A DNA stretch of 60,408 bases from contig CACMAQ010000004.1 of the NCBI GenBank assembly GCA_902611715.1, forward strand, positions 1-60,408. Direction: 5' to 3'. Origin of the DNA: an uncultured Pelagibacteraceae bacterium (GTDB lineage: Bacteria > Pseudomonadota > Alphaproteobacteria > Pelagibacterales > AG-422-B15). Positions 1-10,157 of the stretch are shown here, piece after piece; within the stretch, counting starts at the first letter, position 1; the number at the start of each line of letters is the position of its first letter. Below the pieces are notes generated by a model that saw nothing but the letters and a program-made list of their open reading frames with translations, was not told where the DNA came from and searched no databases. A program made the position numbers and the translations under genes.

Positions 1-379
1 TGAGTTGGTGCAGGTCTTTACAAATATTATAGATAATTCGATTAAATATGGAAAACTAAACAGCTCAATAGATATATTGGCAGAAAAAATCAAAAAGCAA
101 ACTGATTATAGTGATAATAAAAAACTGTTTCCACAACTTGTATCAAAAATCAGCGTTAAAGATGAAAGCGAAGGCATTCATCCTAAACATCTAGCAAGAT
201 TAACTGAACGTTTTTACCGTGTAGATGCAGCAAGATCAAAAGAAATCGGTGGAACGGGTTTAGGGTTAACCATAGTTAAACATATTTTAAATAAGCACAG
301 AGGACATTTAGATATAAAAAGTGAAATAAATCAAGGCAGTACATTTTCTGTAGAATTGCCTATTGCACCCATTTCATAA
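1..379 (+). CDS. phoR: Phosphate regulon sensor kinase PhoR, C-terminal HATPase domain (5'-truncated by window edge)
   Basis: N box (NIIDNSIKY), ERFYRVD and GGTGLGL motifs; lies upstream of pstSCAB-phoU-phoB. Confidence 0.85.
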   Translation, partial: ELVQVFTNIIDNSIKYGKLNSSIDILAEKIKKQTDYSDNKKLFPQLVSKISVKDESEGIHPKHLARLTERFYRVDAARSKEIGGTGLGLTIVKHILNKHRGHLDIKSEINQGSTFSVELPIAPIS

Positions 380-389
380 GGTGCAATAA
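361..389 (+). terminator. Stem-loop overlapping phoR stop
   Basis: Inverted repeat tattgcacc / ggtgcaata with a 10-11 nt loop. Confidence 0.4.
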
Positions 390-419
390 TAGTTTAACAA
401 ATCTTGGTTAAAATAAGAT

Positions 420-1142
420 ATGGCGACTCAATTTGTTTTGTTTGGTTATCATCATTTGGCAACAATTTTCACAATTGTGACTATTTCAATTTTATTTCCT
501 TTCTTTGTTCGATTTATAAATAATAAAAATGTAACTAGATCAATTTTTTTGTTAATTGGTTTTATATTAATTTCTCATGAGATAATAAAGCCATTTTATC
601 GAGTGATATTTTATGATCATTCTATTTACGAAGTATTGCCATTGCACATTTGCCATATAGCTGCAATATCAATAGGATTATATGTGTATACAAAGATTAA
701 ATTTTTTTTCGAAGTGGGTTATTTTTTTGGATTAAGTGGAAATTTCCTTGCAATCATTACACCAGATTTGGATTTCTCATTTCCTGATGCAGAGTATATT
801 ACTTATTATTTCGGTCATGGTTTATTACTGCTTGGTGTAATATATGCCTGTGTATGTACGAAGGTTCAATTAACCTGGTGGTCAGTTTTACGAGTTCTTT
901 TGTTTGCCGTTTGTTTATTACCTATAATTTATGGACTAAATATTTATATTTCTCAATTCTTTAAAGGTGTAAATTATTGGTATTTAATGATAACGCCTGC
1001 CGCGAACACACTTTTAGATATATTTCCATCTCCTCCAATGCACATTCCTTATTTGGCTGTGTTAACAGTTATTATATTCACATTAATTTATCTTCCCTTT
1101 AAATATCTTAATAAAAACAGTTATTTAAACTATCAACAATAA
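420..1142 (+). CDS. YwaF/TIGR02206 (TMEM164-like) integral membrane protein
   Basis: ~6-7 TM segments; LPLHICH, TPD, YYFGHG and NYWYL motifs. Confidence 0.75.
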   Translation: MATQFVLFGYHHLATIFTIVTISILFPFFVRFINNKNVTRSIFLLIGFILISHEIIKPFYRVIFYDHSIYEVLPLHICHIAAISIGLYVYTKIKFFFEVGYFFGLSGNFLAIITPDLDFSFPDAEYITYYFGHGLLLLGVIYACVCTKVQLTWWSVLRVLLFAVCLLPIIYGLNIYISQFFKGVNYWYLMITPAANTLLDIFPSPPMHIPYLAVLTVIIFTLIYLPFKYLNKNSYLNYQQ

Positions 1143-1147
1143 ACTGA

Positions 1148-1191
1148 CATTCATAAAACTGTAATAAAACTGTTATAAACATGTAACCAAG
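1148..1191 (+). promoter_or_regulatory. Pho box array upstream of pstS
   Basis: Four tandem 11-bp units cattcataaaa / ctgtaataaaa / ctgttataaac / atgtaaccaag resembling CTGTCAT-N4. Confidence 0.85.
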
Positions 1192-1235
1192 TCAAAATAA
1201 TTTATTTACGATTCTAAACCTTAATGGAGAAAATA

Positions 1236-2297
1236 ATGAGATTAATCAAAATAATGATTATTGCAGTTTTCGCTTCATCAATTTTTACATTCAGTTCTCA
1301 AGCTAGAGATACTATAAAAATCGTTGGTTCGTCGACTGTATACCCTTATGCAACCGTAGTTGCTGAGAGATTTGGTAAGACTGGATTTAATACACCAGTG
1401 ATTGAGAGTACTGGTACGGGCGGTGGAATGAAATTATTCTGTGCTGGAGTTGGTACCGATCACCCCGATATTACCAATGCGTCTCGTAAAATTAAAAGTA
1501 AAGAAAAGGCATTATGCGCTAAAAATGGCGTTACTGATATAATTGAAATTACAATTGGTAATGACGGCTTGACGCTTGCTCATAGCTTAGATGCTGCCGA
1601 TGCAGACTTTACGCAAGAGCATTTATTTTTAGCAATTGCAGAAAAAGTACCCGCTAATGTTGCAAAAGATGGCGAGGGTAAAGTCATTGCTGGAAATTTA
1701 ATTGATAACCCATATGAAAAATGGTCTGACATTGATGCTTCATTACCTGATCATAAAATTGAAATCCTAGTTGCACCGCCGACATCTGGTACAAGAGATG
1801 CTTGGAATTCACTTATTATGAAAAAAGGTTGCAAAGCAGCAGGCGCATACACACTTTGGGAAAATGCCGGTGAAAAGGCAAAGAAAAAATGTGCAGTAGT
1901 GCGAGAAGATGGAAGAGTTATTGAAGCTGGTGAAAACGATACTTTAATAGTTCAAAAATTATCAGAGGATCCAGAAAGATTTGGTTACTTTGGTTACAGC
2001 TATCTTTTAGCTAACGAAGATAAAATTAAATCTGCTTCGATCACTGGAATTCAGCCAACGCTTGCCGGTATCCAGGATTATTCTTACCCAATTGCACGAC
2101 CATTACAGTTTTACGTGAAAAAAGCTCACGTAGGTGTTGTGCCAGGAATTGAAGAGTTTCTTGAAGCTTTCACAAGCCCTGATGCAATGGGCGAAGATGG
2201 ATATCTAACTGATATCGGTTTAGTTGCATTATCTGATGGTGATGCATCTGATATAAGATCAAGAGTTGCTAACTTAGAAACACTCGATCTAGACTAA
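1236..2297 (+). CDS. pstS: Phosphate ABC transporter substrate-binding protein
   Basis: Signal peptide; GSSTV, STGTGGG and SGTR motifs; start moved to ATG 1236 after the GGAG RBS. Confidence 0.95.
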   Translation: MRLIKIMIIAVFASSIFTFSSQARDTIKIVGSSTVYPYATVVAERFGKTGFNTPVIESTGTGGGMKLFCAGVGTDHPDITNASRKIKSKEKALCAKNGVTDIIEITIGNDGLTLAHSLDAADADFTQEHLFLAIAEKVPANVAKDGEGKVIAGNLIDNPYEKWSDIDASLPDHKIEILVAPPTSGTRDAWNSLIMKKGCKAAGAYTLWENAGEKAKKKCAVVREDGRVIEAGENDTLIVQKLSEDPERFGYFGYSYLLANEDKIKSASITGIQPTLAGIQDYSYPIARPLQFYVKKAHVGVVPGIEEFLEAFTSPDAMGEDGYLTDIGLVALSDGDASDIRSRVANLETLDLD

Positions 2298-2313
2298 AAG
2301 ACTTGATTAATCC

Positions 2314-2346
2314 ACAACTGAGGCAAGTTATGCTTGTCTCAGTTGT
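2314..2346 (+). terminator. Intercistronic stem-loop after pstS
   Basis: acaactgaggcaag-ttatg-cttgtctcagttgt, 14-bp stem with one GU pair. Confidence 0.7.
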
Positions 2347-2368
2347 TGAATAAGCATTATGGTGAAGC

Positions 2369-3760
2369 ATGGGATTTATATTAATTTCTTTAATTATTCT
2401 AATTGGTATCACCAGCTATTTTCTAGGAAATTTAAGAGCAAAAAATCTTAGGACTTCAAATCAAAAAAATCTTAAATCACTTAGTCATTATTATGGGTAC
2501 TACGTAGCTCTATGGGCTGTTGTGCCGGCGCTGTTGATACTGTTGATGATTACCTCGTTTAAATCATTTTTTATTGAGCAATATGTATTAAGTGATTTCA
2601 TAGCACTTGGCAGTTATACAGAAACAGAACTAAGTTTATTATTTACCCAAATCGAAAACACTGCAATGGGCATAAAACTTTTTGATGAAAATACTATTCT
2701 TATAGATGGCGCCGTAAATAAATTAAATTATATTAATAAGACGAGTGAAAACTTAACTTATGTTACAGTTCTTGGGTTGTCAGGTTTACTGGTTCTTTAC
2801 TCATTATTCAATATTAATAACAAACTTAATTCTAGAAAGATTGTCGAGAAATTTTTACTAGTCTTGTATTTTACATGCTCACTTGTCGCTATAATGACCA
2901 CTGTTGGAATAATTTTTTCTTTATTATATGAAACGTTGCGTTTTTTTTCTCAAGTTCCAATAACCGATTTTTTATTTGGATTAAATTGGAGTCCTCAAAG
3001 AGTTTTTGTAAGAGAAGCTGGAGATCTTGATACAAGAGACTTGGCCAATGCATTTGGCGCTGTTCCATTATTTGCTGGAACATTTCTTATTGCATTAATT
3101 GCAATGTGTGTCTCAGTCCCAGTTGGTTTACTCACAGCCATTTATATGTCTGAATACGCTTCTCCAAAAGTCAGAGATTGGGCGAAGCCAATTATTGAAA
3201 TTCTTGCTGGTATCCCAACGGTTGTATACGGATTTTTTGCAGCGTTAACTGTTGCACCTTTAGTGAGAGATATCGGTCAGGGTGCTGGACTAACTGTTTC
3301 TTCTGAAAGCGCTCTAGCTGCGGGATTTGTTATGGGAATAATGATAATACCATTTATTTCATCACTTTCTGATGATGTAATAAAATCTGTACCTCAAAGT
3401 TTAAGAGAAGGCTCTTATGCCATGGGAGCAACCAAAAGGGAAACAATTGTTAAAGTATTATTGCCAGCTGCGTTGCCAGGTATTGTAGGTTCTTTTTTAT
3501 TAGCTGTCTCAAGAGCGATTGGGGAGACAATGATTGTTGTTATGGCTGCAGGATTAAACGCAAAATTAACAGCTAATCCGCTTGATGCGGCAACTACAAT
3601 TACTACTCAGATTGTTGTTATTTTAATCGGTGATCAAGAATTTGATAGCCCAAAAACACAGTCAGCTTTTGCTTTGGGTTTAACCTTGTTCGTTGTTACA
3701 TTGGCTCTAAATTTTATAGCTTTACAGGTCGTAAAAAAATATACGGAGAGATATGACTGA
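2369..3760 (+). CDS. pstC: Phosphate ABC transporter permease PstC
   Basis: ILAGIPTVVYGFF and RAIGETM motifs; EAA-like loop. Confidence 0.95.
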   Translation: MGFILISLIILIGITSYFLGNLRAKNLRTSNQKNLKSLSHYYGYYVALWAVVPALLILLMITSFKSFFIEQYVLSDFIALGSYTETELSLLFTQIENTAMGIKLFDENTILIDGAVNKLNYINKTSENLTYVTVLGLSGLLVLYSLFNINNKLNSRKIVEKFLLVLYFTCSLVAIMTTVGIIFSLLYETLRFFSQVPITDFLFGLNWSPQRVFVREAGDLDTRDLANAFGAVPLFAGTFLIALIAMCVSVPVGLLTAIYMSEYASPKVRDWAKPIIEILAGIPTVVYGFFAALTVAPLVRDIGQGAGLTVSSESALAAGFVMGIMIIPFISSLSDDVIKSVPQSLREGSYAMGATKRETIVKVLLPAALPGIVGSFLLAVSRAIGETMIVVMAAGLNAKLTANPLDAATTITTQIVVILIGDQEFDSPKTQSAFALGLTLFVVTLALNFIALQVVKKYTERYD

Positions 3761-5036
3761 TAGAATAGAACAAAGAATAAATAGTTTAAATAAAAGGCTA
3801 AATTCAGAGAAAAGATTTAGGATTTATTGTATTGGTGCAATGAGCTTTGCGCTTGCATGGGTGCTTATTTTATTTCTAAATATATTTTCATCTGGCTATT
3901 CAGCATTTTATAGAACTGTTATCCAGGTAGATGTACCTTTTTTAAATCTTATTGAAGACACGACACAATTTTCTGAAATGAGTTCAGAGGATATTAACAA
4001 CCTGTCAATGTATTCTTTTTCCAAAAAGGCTATTTATGGACTTTTCCCAGATATTGAAGAGAAAAAAGATAAGAAAATGTTGATACGATTATTCAGTATT
4101 GAATTTGAGCAAGAAATAAGAGAATTTTTAAAATCGAATAAGTCAAATATAAATGAAACAGAAACAATATATTTAACTGCCTCCGACGATGTAGATCAGG
4201 TTAATAAAGGAAACTACCCAAGGGACTTAGATGAAGACAAAAGAAGAATTAAAGATATTCAACTTTTATTTTTTGATGACCTTGTAGATAGGGGACTTGT
4301 CAGCTATGAATTCAATCTACCATTTTTAATGAGGGGTGACAGCCGAGAACCTGAACTGGCAGGAGTAGGAGGTTCAATAGTAGGTTCTTTATTCACAATT
4401 TTGGTAGTTTTGATTTTGTCTTTTCCTATTGGAATTTTTGCAGCTATTTATCTTGAGGAATTTGCACCAAAAAATAGAGTTACCGATTTTATTGAAATTA
4501 ATATTAATAATTTAGCAGCGGTACCTTCTATTGTATTTGGCTTATTGGGGCTTGGTATTATTTTAAATACATTTGGATTGCCAAGGTCAACACCACTGGT
4601 TGGAGGCATAGTCTTATCTTTAATGACCCTACCAACAATAATTATTGCAACTAGAGCCTCATTAAGGGCGGTGCCACCATCAATAAGAGAAGGAGCATTA
4701 GCAGTCGGAGCAACCAAAATGCAAGCAGTAATGCATCATGTAGTTCCTGTAGCAATGCCTGGTGCATTAACAGGTACAATTATAGGCCTTGCTCAAGCAC
4801 TTGGAGAAACTGCGCCATTATTATTAATTGGTATGGTGGCATTTGTTGTAGATGTTCCACAAACACCGCTGGATGCTTCTGCCTCTTTGCCAGTTCAGGT
4901 TTATTTATGGTCAGAAAGCGCAGAAAGAGGTTATGTTGAAAAAACTTCAGCTACAATTATGATGTTACTTGGATTTTTAATTTTAATGAATTTAGCTGCA
5001 GTATTAATTAGAAGAAAATTTGAAACAAAATGGTAA
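3753..5036 (+). CDS. pstA: Phosphate ABC transporter permease PstA
   Basis: NLAAVPSIVFG and GETAPLL motifs; overlaps pstC. Confidence 0.95.
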   Translation: MTDRIEQRINSLNKRLNSEKRFRIYCIGAMSFALAWVLILFLNIFSSGYSAFYRTVIQVDVPFLNLIEDTTQFSEMSSEDINNLSMYSFSKKAIYGLFPDIEEKKDKKMLIRLFSIEFEQEIREFLKSNKSNINETETIYLTASDDVDQVNKGNYPRDLDEDKRRIKDIQLLFFDDLVDRGLVSYEFNLPFLMRGDSREPELAGVGGSIVGSLFTILVVLILSFPIGIFAAIYLEEFAPKNRVTDFIEININNLAAVPSIVFGLLGLGIILNTFGLPRSTPLVGGIVLSLMTLPTIIIATRASLRAVPPSIREGALAVGATKMQAVMHHVVPVAMPGALTGTIIGLAQALGETAPLLLIGMVAFVVDVPQTPLDASASLPVQVYLWSESAERGYVEKTSATIMMLLGFLILMNLAAVLIRRKFETKW

Positions 5037-5044
5037 AATAGAAT

Positions 5045-5806
5045 ATGAAAAGTATAAAAATAAAAGCGGACAACTTAAATGTTCATTATGGAGAGAAACA
5101 GGCACTCTTCGATGTTTCCATGTACATGGAAGAAAAACAAGTCACTGCTTTAATAGGTCCATCAGGTTGTGGTAAATCAACCTTTATTAGATGCTTAAAT
5201 AGAATGAACGATGTTATTGATATATGCAAAGTACAAGGAAAAATAGAAATCGATGGCAACGATATTTATGCACCAGACATGCAAGTTGAACAACTAAGAG
5301 AACGGGTGGGCATGGTTTTTCAAAAGCCGAACCCCTTTCCAAAATCTATTTTTGAAAATGTAGCTTATGGTCCAAGAATACATGGAATAGCAGAACATAA
5401 ATCTGATTTAGAAGAAATTGTTGTTACCAGTCTAAAAAAAGCGGCTCTCTTTGATGAGGTTAAAGATAGATTATACGATGCGGGAACAGGCCTCTCGGGT
5501 GGACAGCAACAAAGATTGTGTATTGCAAGAGCTATATCCGTAAATCCAGATATTATTCTAATGGATGAGCCTTGTTCAGCTTTGGACCCAATTGCTACGG
5601 CTAGAATTGAAGAATTAATGGGAGATCTTAAAACAGAATATACAATAATTATTGTTACACACTCGATGCAACAAGCCGCTAGAGTTTCATCAAGGACAGG
5701 TTTTTTTCATTTAGGTAAATTAGTTGAAGTTGATAAGACTGAAACAATCTTTTCAAATCCATCAGATCAGAGAACGCAAGATTATATAACAGGGAGGTTT
5801 GGTTAA
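5045..5806 (+). CDS. pstB: Phosphate ABC transporter ATPase PstB
   Basis: [24 protein letters not shown] and DEPCSALDP motifs. Confidence 0.97.
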   Translation: MKSIKIKADNLNVHYGEKQALFDVSMYMEEKQVTALIGPSGCGKSTFIRCLNRMNDVIDICKVQGKIEIDGNDIYAPDMQVEQLRERVGMVFQKPNPFPKSIFENVAYGPRIHGIAEHKSDLEEIVVTSLKKAALFDEVKDRLYDAGTGLSGGQQQRLCIARAISVNPDIILMDEPCSALDPIATARIEELMGDLKTEYTIIIVTHSMQQAARVSSRTGFFHLGKLVEVDKTETIFSNPSDQRTQDYITGRFG

Positions 5807-6498
5807 TGAGTGAACACATAGTTTCATCTTATGATGAGCAATTAGATTTAATAAATAGTACATTAATTAAAATGGGAGGATTGGTTGAAACACAGCTTCA
5901 CAATTCTCTTGTTGCTTTGGGTGATAAAGATACTGCTTTTGCAGAAGAAATTTTAAGAGATGATAATAAAATAGATGCCTTAGAAAAGGAAATTGATGCT
6001 TTAACATACAAAATAATTGCAATGAGGCAACCGCTTGCTAATGATTTAAGAACCGTACTTTCGGCACTAAGCATTGCAAACGATCTCGAGAGAATGGGTG
6101 ATCACGCTACCAATATTGCAAAGAGAGTTGCGAATGTAAAAATAAACATGCCCGACACACCAGTTTCAGAAATTGTCAATATGGGTGAGAACGTTCAAAG
6201 AATGATAAAAAATGTTTTAGATGCCTTCGTTCAAAAATCAGATACGCTAGCAATTAATGCTTGGGATTTAGACGGCGATATTGATGAATTGTATTTATCA
6301 ATTTACAGGGATCTTCTTAAGACGATGGCAGAAGACCCAGATACAATTACAGGCTGTTCACACTTATTGTCGATTGCTAAAAACATAGAGAGAATAGGAG
6401 ATTATGTTCAAAATATTGCTGAAGACATTCACTTCATTACAACTGGTCAAGCCTTAGAACGTAAGTCGGAAAAAAGAATTAAGTGGGAAAAGGTGTAA
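5806..6498 (+). CDS. phoU: Phosphate signalling protein PhoU
   Basis: Two PhoU repeats (QPLANDLR, LERMGD, IERIGD). Confidence 0.95.
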   Translation: MSEHIVSSYDEQLDLINSTLIKMGGLVETQLHNSLVALGDKDTAFAEEILRDDNKIDALEKEIDALTYKIIAMRQPLANDLRTVLSALSIANDLERMGDHATNIAKRVANVKINMPDTPVSEIVNMGENVQRMIKNVLDAFVQKSDTLAINAWDLDGDIDELYLSIYRDLLKTMAEDPDTITGCSHLLSIAKNIERIGDYVQNIAEDIHFITTGQALERKSEKRIKWEKV

Positions 6499-7184
6499 TG
6501 AAACCTAAAATCCTAGTAATTGAGGATGAAGTCTCAATAGTTGAATTATTAAAATACAATCTCACAGCTAGTGGATTTGATGTAGACGTATGCTTTGATG
6601 GCGATAGCGCATTGGATAGTATATTTGGTGATATTAAATACGATCTCATAATCGTTGACTGGATGCTCCCAAATATTTCTGGGTTAGAATTGTGTAGACG
6701 AGTACGTAAAGATAAAACTACAAAGAACATTCCTTTAATTATGCTCACAGCTAAAGGAGAAGAAGAAGATAAATTAAGAGCATTTGAAACTGAAATTGAT
6801 GACTACATAACAAAACCATTTTCAGTCAATGAGTTAGTAGCAAGAATTAAAGCAGTACTTAAACGCTTAAGACCTATTTTTTATAATGAAGTTCTTACGT
6901 ATAAGGGAATTCAATTAGATGTTTCAACGCATCGTGTCACCAGGGATAAAACAGAAATAAGTCTTGGACCTACGGAATTTAATTTATTGCGTTTTTTAAT
7001 GGAAAATCAAGGTAAAGTATTTTCAAGACAACAATTATTAGATTATGTATGGACTACAAGTCCATATGTCGAGCCTAGAACAGTTGATGTTCATATCAGA
7101 AGATTAAGAAAAGCATTAAACGAAGGATTTGAATACGACCCAATAAGAACAATTAGATCTGCTGGATATTCTCTTGGTATATGA
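6498..7184 (+). CDS. phoB: Phosphate regulon response regulator PhoB
   Basis: REC domain (DWMLP) plus winged helix (RTVDVHIRRLRK); TAATG coupling to phoU. Confidence 0.95.
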   Translation: MKPKILVIEDEVSIVELLKYNLTASGFDVDVCFDGDSALDSIFGDIKYDLIIVDWMLPNISGLELCRRVRKDKTTKNIPLIMLTAKGEEEDKLRAFETEIDDYITKPFSVNELVARIKAVLKRLRPIFYNEVLTYKGIQLDVSTHRVTRDKTEISLGPTEFNLLRFLMENQGKVFSRQQLLDYVWTTSPYVEPRTVDVHIRRLRKALNEGFEYDPIRTIRSAGYSLGI

Positions 7185-7609
7185 GCATTAAAAATGTTTT
7201 ATATTTATGTACGCAAAATTCAGCCAGAAGCATTATAGCTGAGGCAATTACCAATTATAAATATAGTGAAAGTCTGAAAGGCTATAGCGCTGGTAGCACA
7301 CCTTCAGGAATAATAAATCCTAAAACACTCGATTTATTAGATGATATGAAAATACCGACTGAGAAACTCTATAGTAAAAGTTGGGACGTATTTGGTGAGC
7401 CCAACTCTCCCTCTATGGATTATGTCGTTACTGTGTGTGGAAATGCCGCTAAAGAAACATGTCCGATCTGGCCGGGTGCTCCAAAAACATTTCATTTCAA
7501 TATTGAAGACCCCGTTAAACAGAACTTAAACGAAGTCGATCACAAAAAGTTTTTTAGATCTACATTTGATTATATTGATCAATTAATAAAAGAAAATTTG
7601 CTTAAATAA
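7181..7609 (+). CDS. arsC: Arsenate reductase, LMW-PTP/thioredoxin type
   Basis: CTQNSARS P-loop, TVCGNAAKETCP and EDP motifs; ATGA overlap with phoB. Confidence 0.88.
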   Translation: MSIKNVLYLCTQNSARSIIAEAITNYKYSESLKGYSAGSTPSGIINPKTLDLLDDMKIPTEKLYSKSWDVFGEPNSPSMDYVVTVCGNAAKETCPIWPGAPKTFHFNIEDPVKQNLNEVDHKKFFRSTFDYIDQLIKENLLK

Positions 7610-8248
7610 ATGCCTAAAAAAATACTTTCTGAATATCTGGGTACACTCTTACTTGTTTTCTCGGTAGTAGGATCAGGGATAATGGCCGAAAATCTATCTC
7701 CTACAAATGAAGGTGTTGTATTGCTTGCTAATGCAATAGCAACAGGAGCAATGCTTTACGTGATAATATCAATATTTGGTCCTATATCTGGAGCTCATTT
7801 TAATCCAGTTGTTACACTTTATTTTAGATTTAAATCAGATATTAATAACGTAACGATGATATTATTTATCATTTTTCAACTAGTGGGTGGCACTTCTGGA
7901 GTCATTTTAGCAAATTATATTTTTGATGATTTATTTATTGAATTTTCAACTAAAGAAAGAACAGGAATTAATATTCATGTCTCTGAAGTGGTTGCAACAA
8001 TAGGCTTATTAATTACAATTGTGCTCACACTAAAGGCAAAAAGAGATCCAGCAATAGCGGTGGCTTTATATATAACTGGGGCTTATTGGTTCACATCTTC
8101 AACGTCATTTGCCAATCCAGCTGTCACGATCAGTAGATCATTCACCAACACATTTACCGGTATAGATCCACAGCACGTGTTGATGTTTATTTTTATGCAA
8201 TTAATTGGACTCTTAATTGCATATTTTATTCTTCGATTTTACGATTAA
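7610..8248 (+). CDS. Aquaglyceroporin, AqpS-like arsenite channel (MIP family)
   Basis: SGAHFNPVV and TSSTSFANPA motifs, VVGSGIMA; abuts arsC. Confidence 0.85.
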   Translation: MPKKILSEYLGTLLLVFSVVGSGIMAENLSPTNEGVVLLANAIATGAMLYVIISIFGPISGAHFNPVVTLYFRFKSDINNVTMILFIIFQLVGGTSGVILANYIFDDLFIEFSTKERTGINIHVSEVVATIGLLITIVLTLKAKRDPAIAVALYITGAYWFTSSTSFANPAVTISRSFTNTFTGIDPQHVLMFIFMQLIGLLIAYFILRFYD

Positions 8249-9391
8249 TTATATCGCTTGTCCAGATACCCATACTTTTTTTACTATTGGTAAATTGTTA
8301 TAAATACTGAAACTAACTAGGTCCGCCTTCATGCCGCACTGTATACTACCTCGGTCTAGAAGCTGTGTAGCTATTGCTGGGTTTCTTGAAATAGAGGCAA
8401 TTGCTTTTGGCATATTACCGGACTCTAAACCCCATTTGACAGCTGAAGAAAGTAGGGATGACGGGATATAGTCAGAGCTAAAAATATCAAGGCAATTTTC
8501 GTCTATGAGTTCTTGAGCTGAAATATTTCCAGAATGTGACCCACCTCTCATTAAATTTGGCGAACCCATGATAATTTTCATGTCTTCTTTTTGCGACTCT
8601 TTTGCTGCTTCGATTGTGGTTGGAAATTCTGCTATTGAAACTCCTAGATTTTTTGAACTTAATACATCTTCTATAGTAGTGTCATCATGACTCGCAAGAA
8701 CACATTGAAATCTCATTTGTGCTTCAGATATTTTCTTTATATGTATTTCACTATTTTTTGACTGCAGTGCTTTTAATTTAGAGAAGTGATTTTCCATTTC
8801 TTCATCAGATAGTTGATATTTACCCGCTAAATATTCCTTATATTTATCTGTATTTCTAAATTGTCTTTGTCCCGGTGTATGGTCCATAATGCTTATCATT
8901 TTAACGTTGCTTGATTCATCAAACTCATCAAGTTCACTTGCTAACGTTTCAGATGCGGTTTCTGCACGCAAGTGAATATAATGGTCAATTTTAAAAAGTT
9001 TATTTTTTTTTAAAGTTGAAATTTGGTCAGCTGTTGCTTTAGCATATTTTTTATATTCACCTTGAAGGTTCCCTTTTGGTATCGATCCAACTCTAAGTGC
9101 ATCAAATACCGTGGTTATACCGACGGAAGACAATTCTCTATCATGAGCTAGCAATGCGTTTATAATTGGCCATTCTACTTTTGGCCTGGGTGTTAAATGT
9201 CTTTCGATATTATCTGTATGAAGTTCGATTAAACCAGGAATTAAGAAATCCTTGTTTAAATCGAAAGCAGAATTTCCTGTATAATTTCCTTTACTTAAAT
9301 CCTTTATTATACCGTTTGCAATGTAAACATGGCCCATAAAAGATTCGTCCGGACAAACAATATGGGCATTTTTTATTACAAATTCATTCAT
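8249..9391 (-). CDS. phnM: Alpha-D-ribose 1-methylphosphonate 5-triphosphate diphosphatase
   Basis: ELHTDN, MDHTPGQRQF, SHDD and SSDY amidohydrolase motifs. Confidence 0.95.
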   Translation of the reverse strand: MNEFVIKNAHIVCPDESFMGHVYIANGIIKDLSKGNYTGNSAFDLNKDFLIPGLIELHTDNIERHLTPRPKVEWPIINALLAHDRELSSVGITTVFDALRVGSIPKGNLQGEYKKYAKATADQISTLKKNKLFKIDHYIHLRAETASETLASELDEFDESSNVKMISIMDHTPGQRQFRNTDKYKEYLAGKYQLSDEEMENHFSKLKALQSKNSEIHIKKISEAQMRFQCVLASHDDTTIEDVLSSKNLGVSIAEFPTTIEAAKESQKEDMKIIMGSPNLMRGGSHSGNISAQELIDENCLDIFSSDYIPSSLLSSAVKWGLESGNMPKAIASISRNPAIATQLLDRGSIQCGMKADLVSFSIYNNLPIVKKVWVSGQAI

Positions 9392-9405
9392 ATTTATTTA
9401 ACAAG

Positions 9406-9437
9406 ATATTACTAATTTATTAGATTATTGTTAAAGT
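9406..9437 (-). promoter_or_regulatory. Degenerate Pho-box-like repeats in the phnM/DUF1045 divergent spacer
   Basis: atattac / ttattag / ttgttaa at exact 11-bp spacing (9406, 9417, 9428); AT-rich background weakens the call. Confidence 0.4.
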
Positions 9438-9440
9438 ATT

Positions 9441-10157
9441 ATGACTAATTACAAAAGAGTGGCAATTTACTTTTTGCCTAAAAAAAACTCGAGTTTAGAA
9501 AACTTCGGAAAAAACCTTTTAGGTAGAGATATCAATAAAAAGAAAAAAATATCACTAACAAGACGTCAAAAATATTTTATTAGTAGAGGTTTTACATTCT
9601 TTGATGAACTTAAAGACTATTGTGAACAGCCTGCAAAGTATGGGTTTCACGCAACATTAAAGGCACCATTTAGACTTAAAAGAAATGTTAAAACAAAAAA
9701 TTTTTATGATGTTATTAGCCATATAGCAGCACAACATAGTAGATTTAAGATACAAGGTTTAAAAATTGTTTATAGTAAAAAATTTACTTTCATAACTAGC
9801 AGAAAACCAAACAAATTATTAATAAACCTTGAGAATGATCTTGTTAAACATCTAGATACTTTTAGGGCAGAGCTAAATAAAACAGAAATAAAAAAAAGGA
9901 TCCCTGATTCTTTAACTATTAAGCAAAACAAATATTTAAAAGAGTGGGGATATCCATTCGTCTTTGATCAGTTTAAATTTCATATGACGCTAATGAACCA
10001 AAATAACAATAAATTATCTAACAAACAAAAATTAGAACTAGAAAAATTAATTTACAAAATATCAAATAATGTAATTGAATTTAATGAAATTAGTTTACTT
10101 GGTGAAAATAAAAATGGCCATTTTGAGGAAATAAAAAGGTTTAAATTAAACTTTTAA
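9441..10157 (+). CDS. DUF1045 phosphonate-cluster protein, probable 2H phosphodiesterase
   Basis: RVAIYF start, YGFHATLKAPF, WGYP and FHMTL (two HxT motifs). Confidence 0.85.
   Translation: MTNYKRVAIYFLPKKNSSLENFGKNLLGRDINKKKKISLTRRQKYFISRGFTFFDELKDYCEQPAKYGFHATLKAPFRLKRNVKTKNFYDVISHIAAQHSRFKIQGLKIVYSKKFTFITSRKPNKLLINLENDLVKHLDTFRAELNKTEIKKRIPDSLTIKQNKYLKEWGYPFVFDQFKFHMTLMNQNNNKLSNKQKLELEKLIYKISNNVIEFNEISLLGENKNGHFEEIKRFKLNF

Noticed and set aside
1-7184. phoR separated from phoB by the pst operon
   Set aside because: phoR-pstSCAB-phoU-phoB is the usual alphaproteobacterial order
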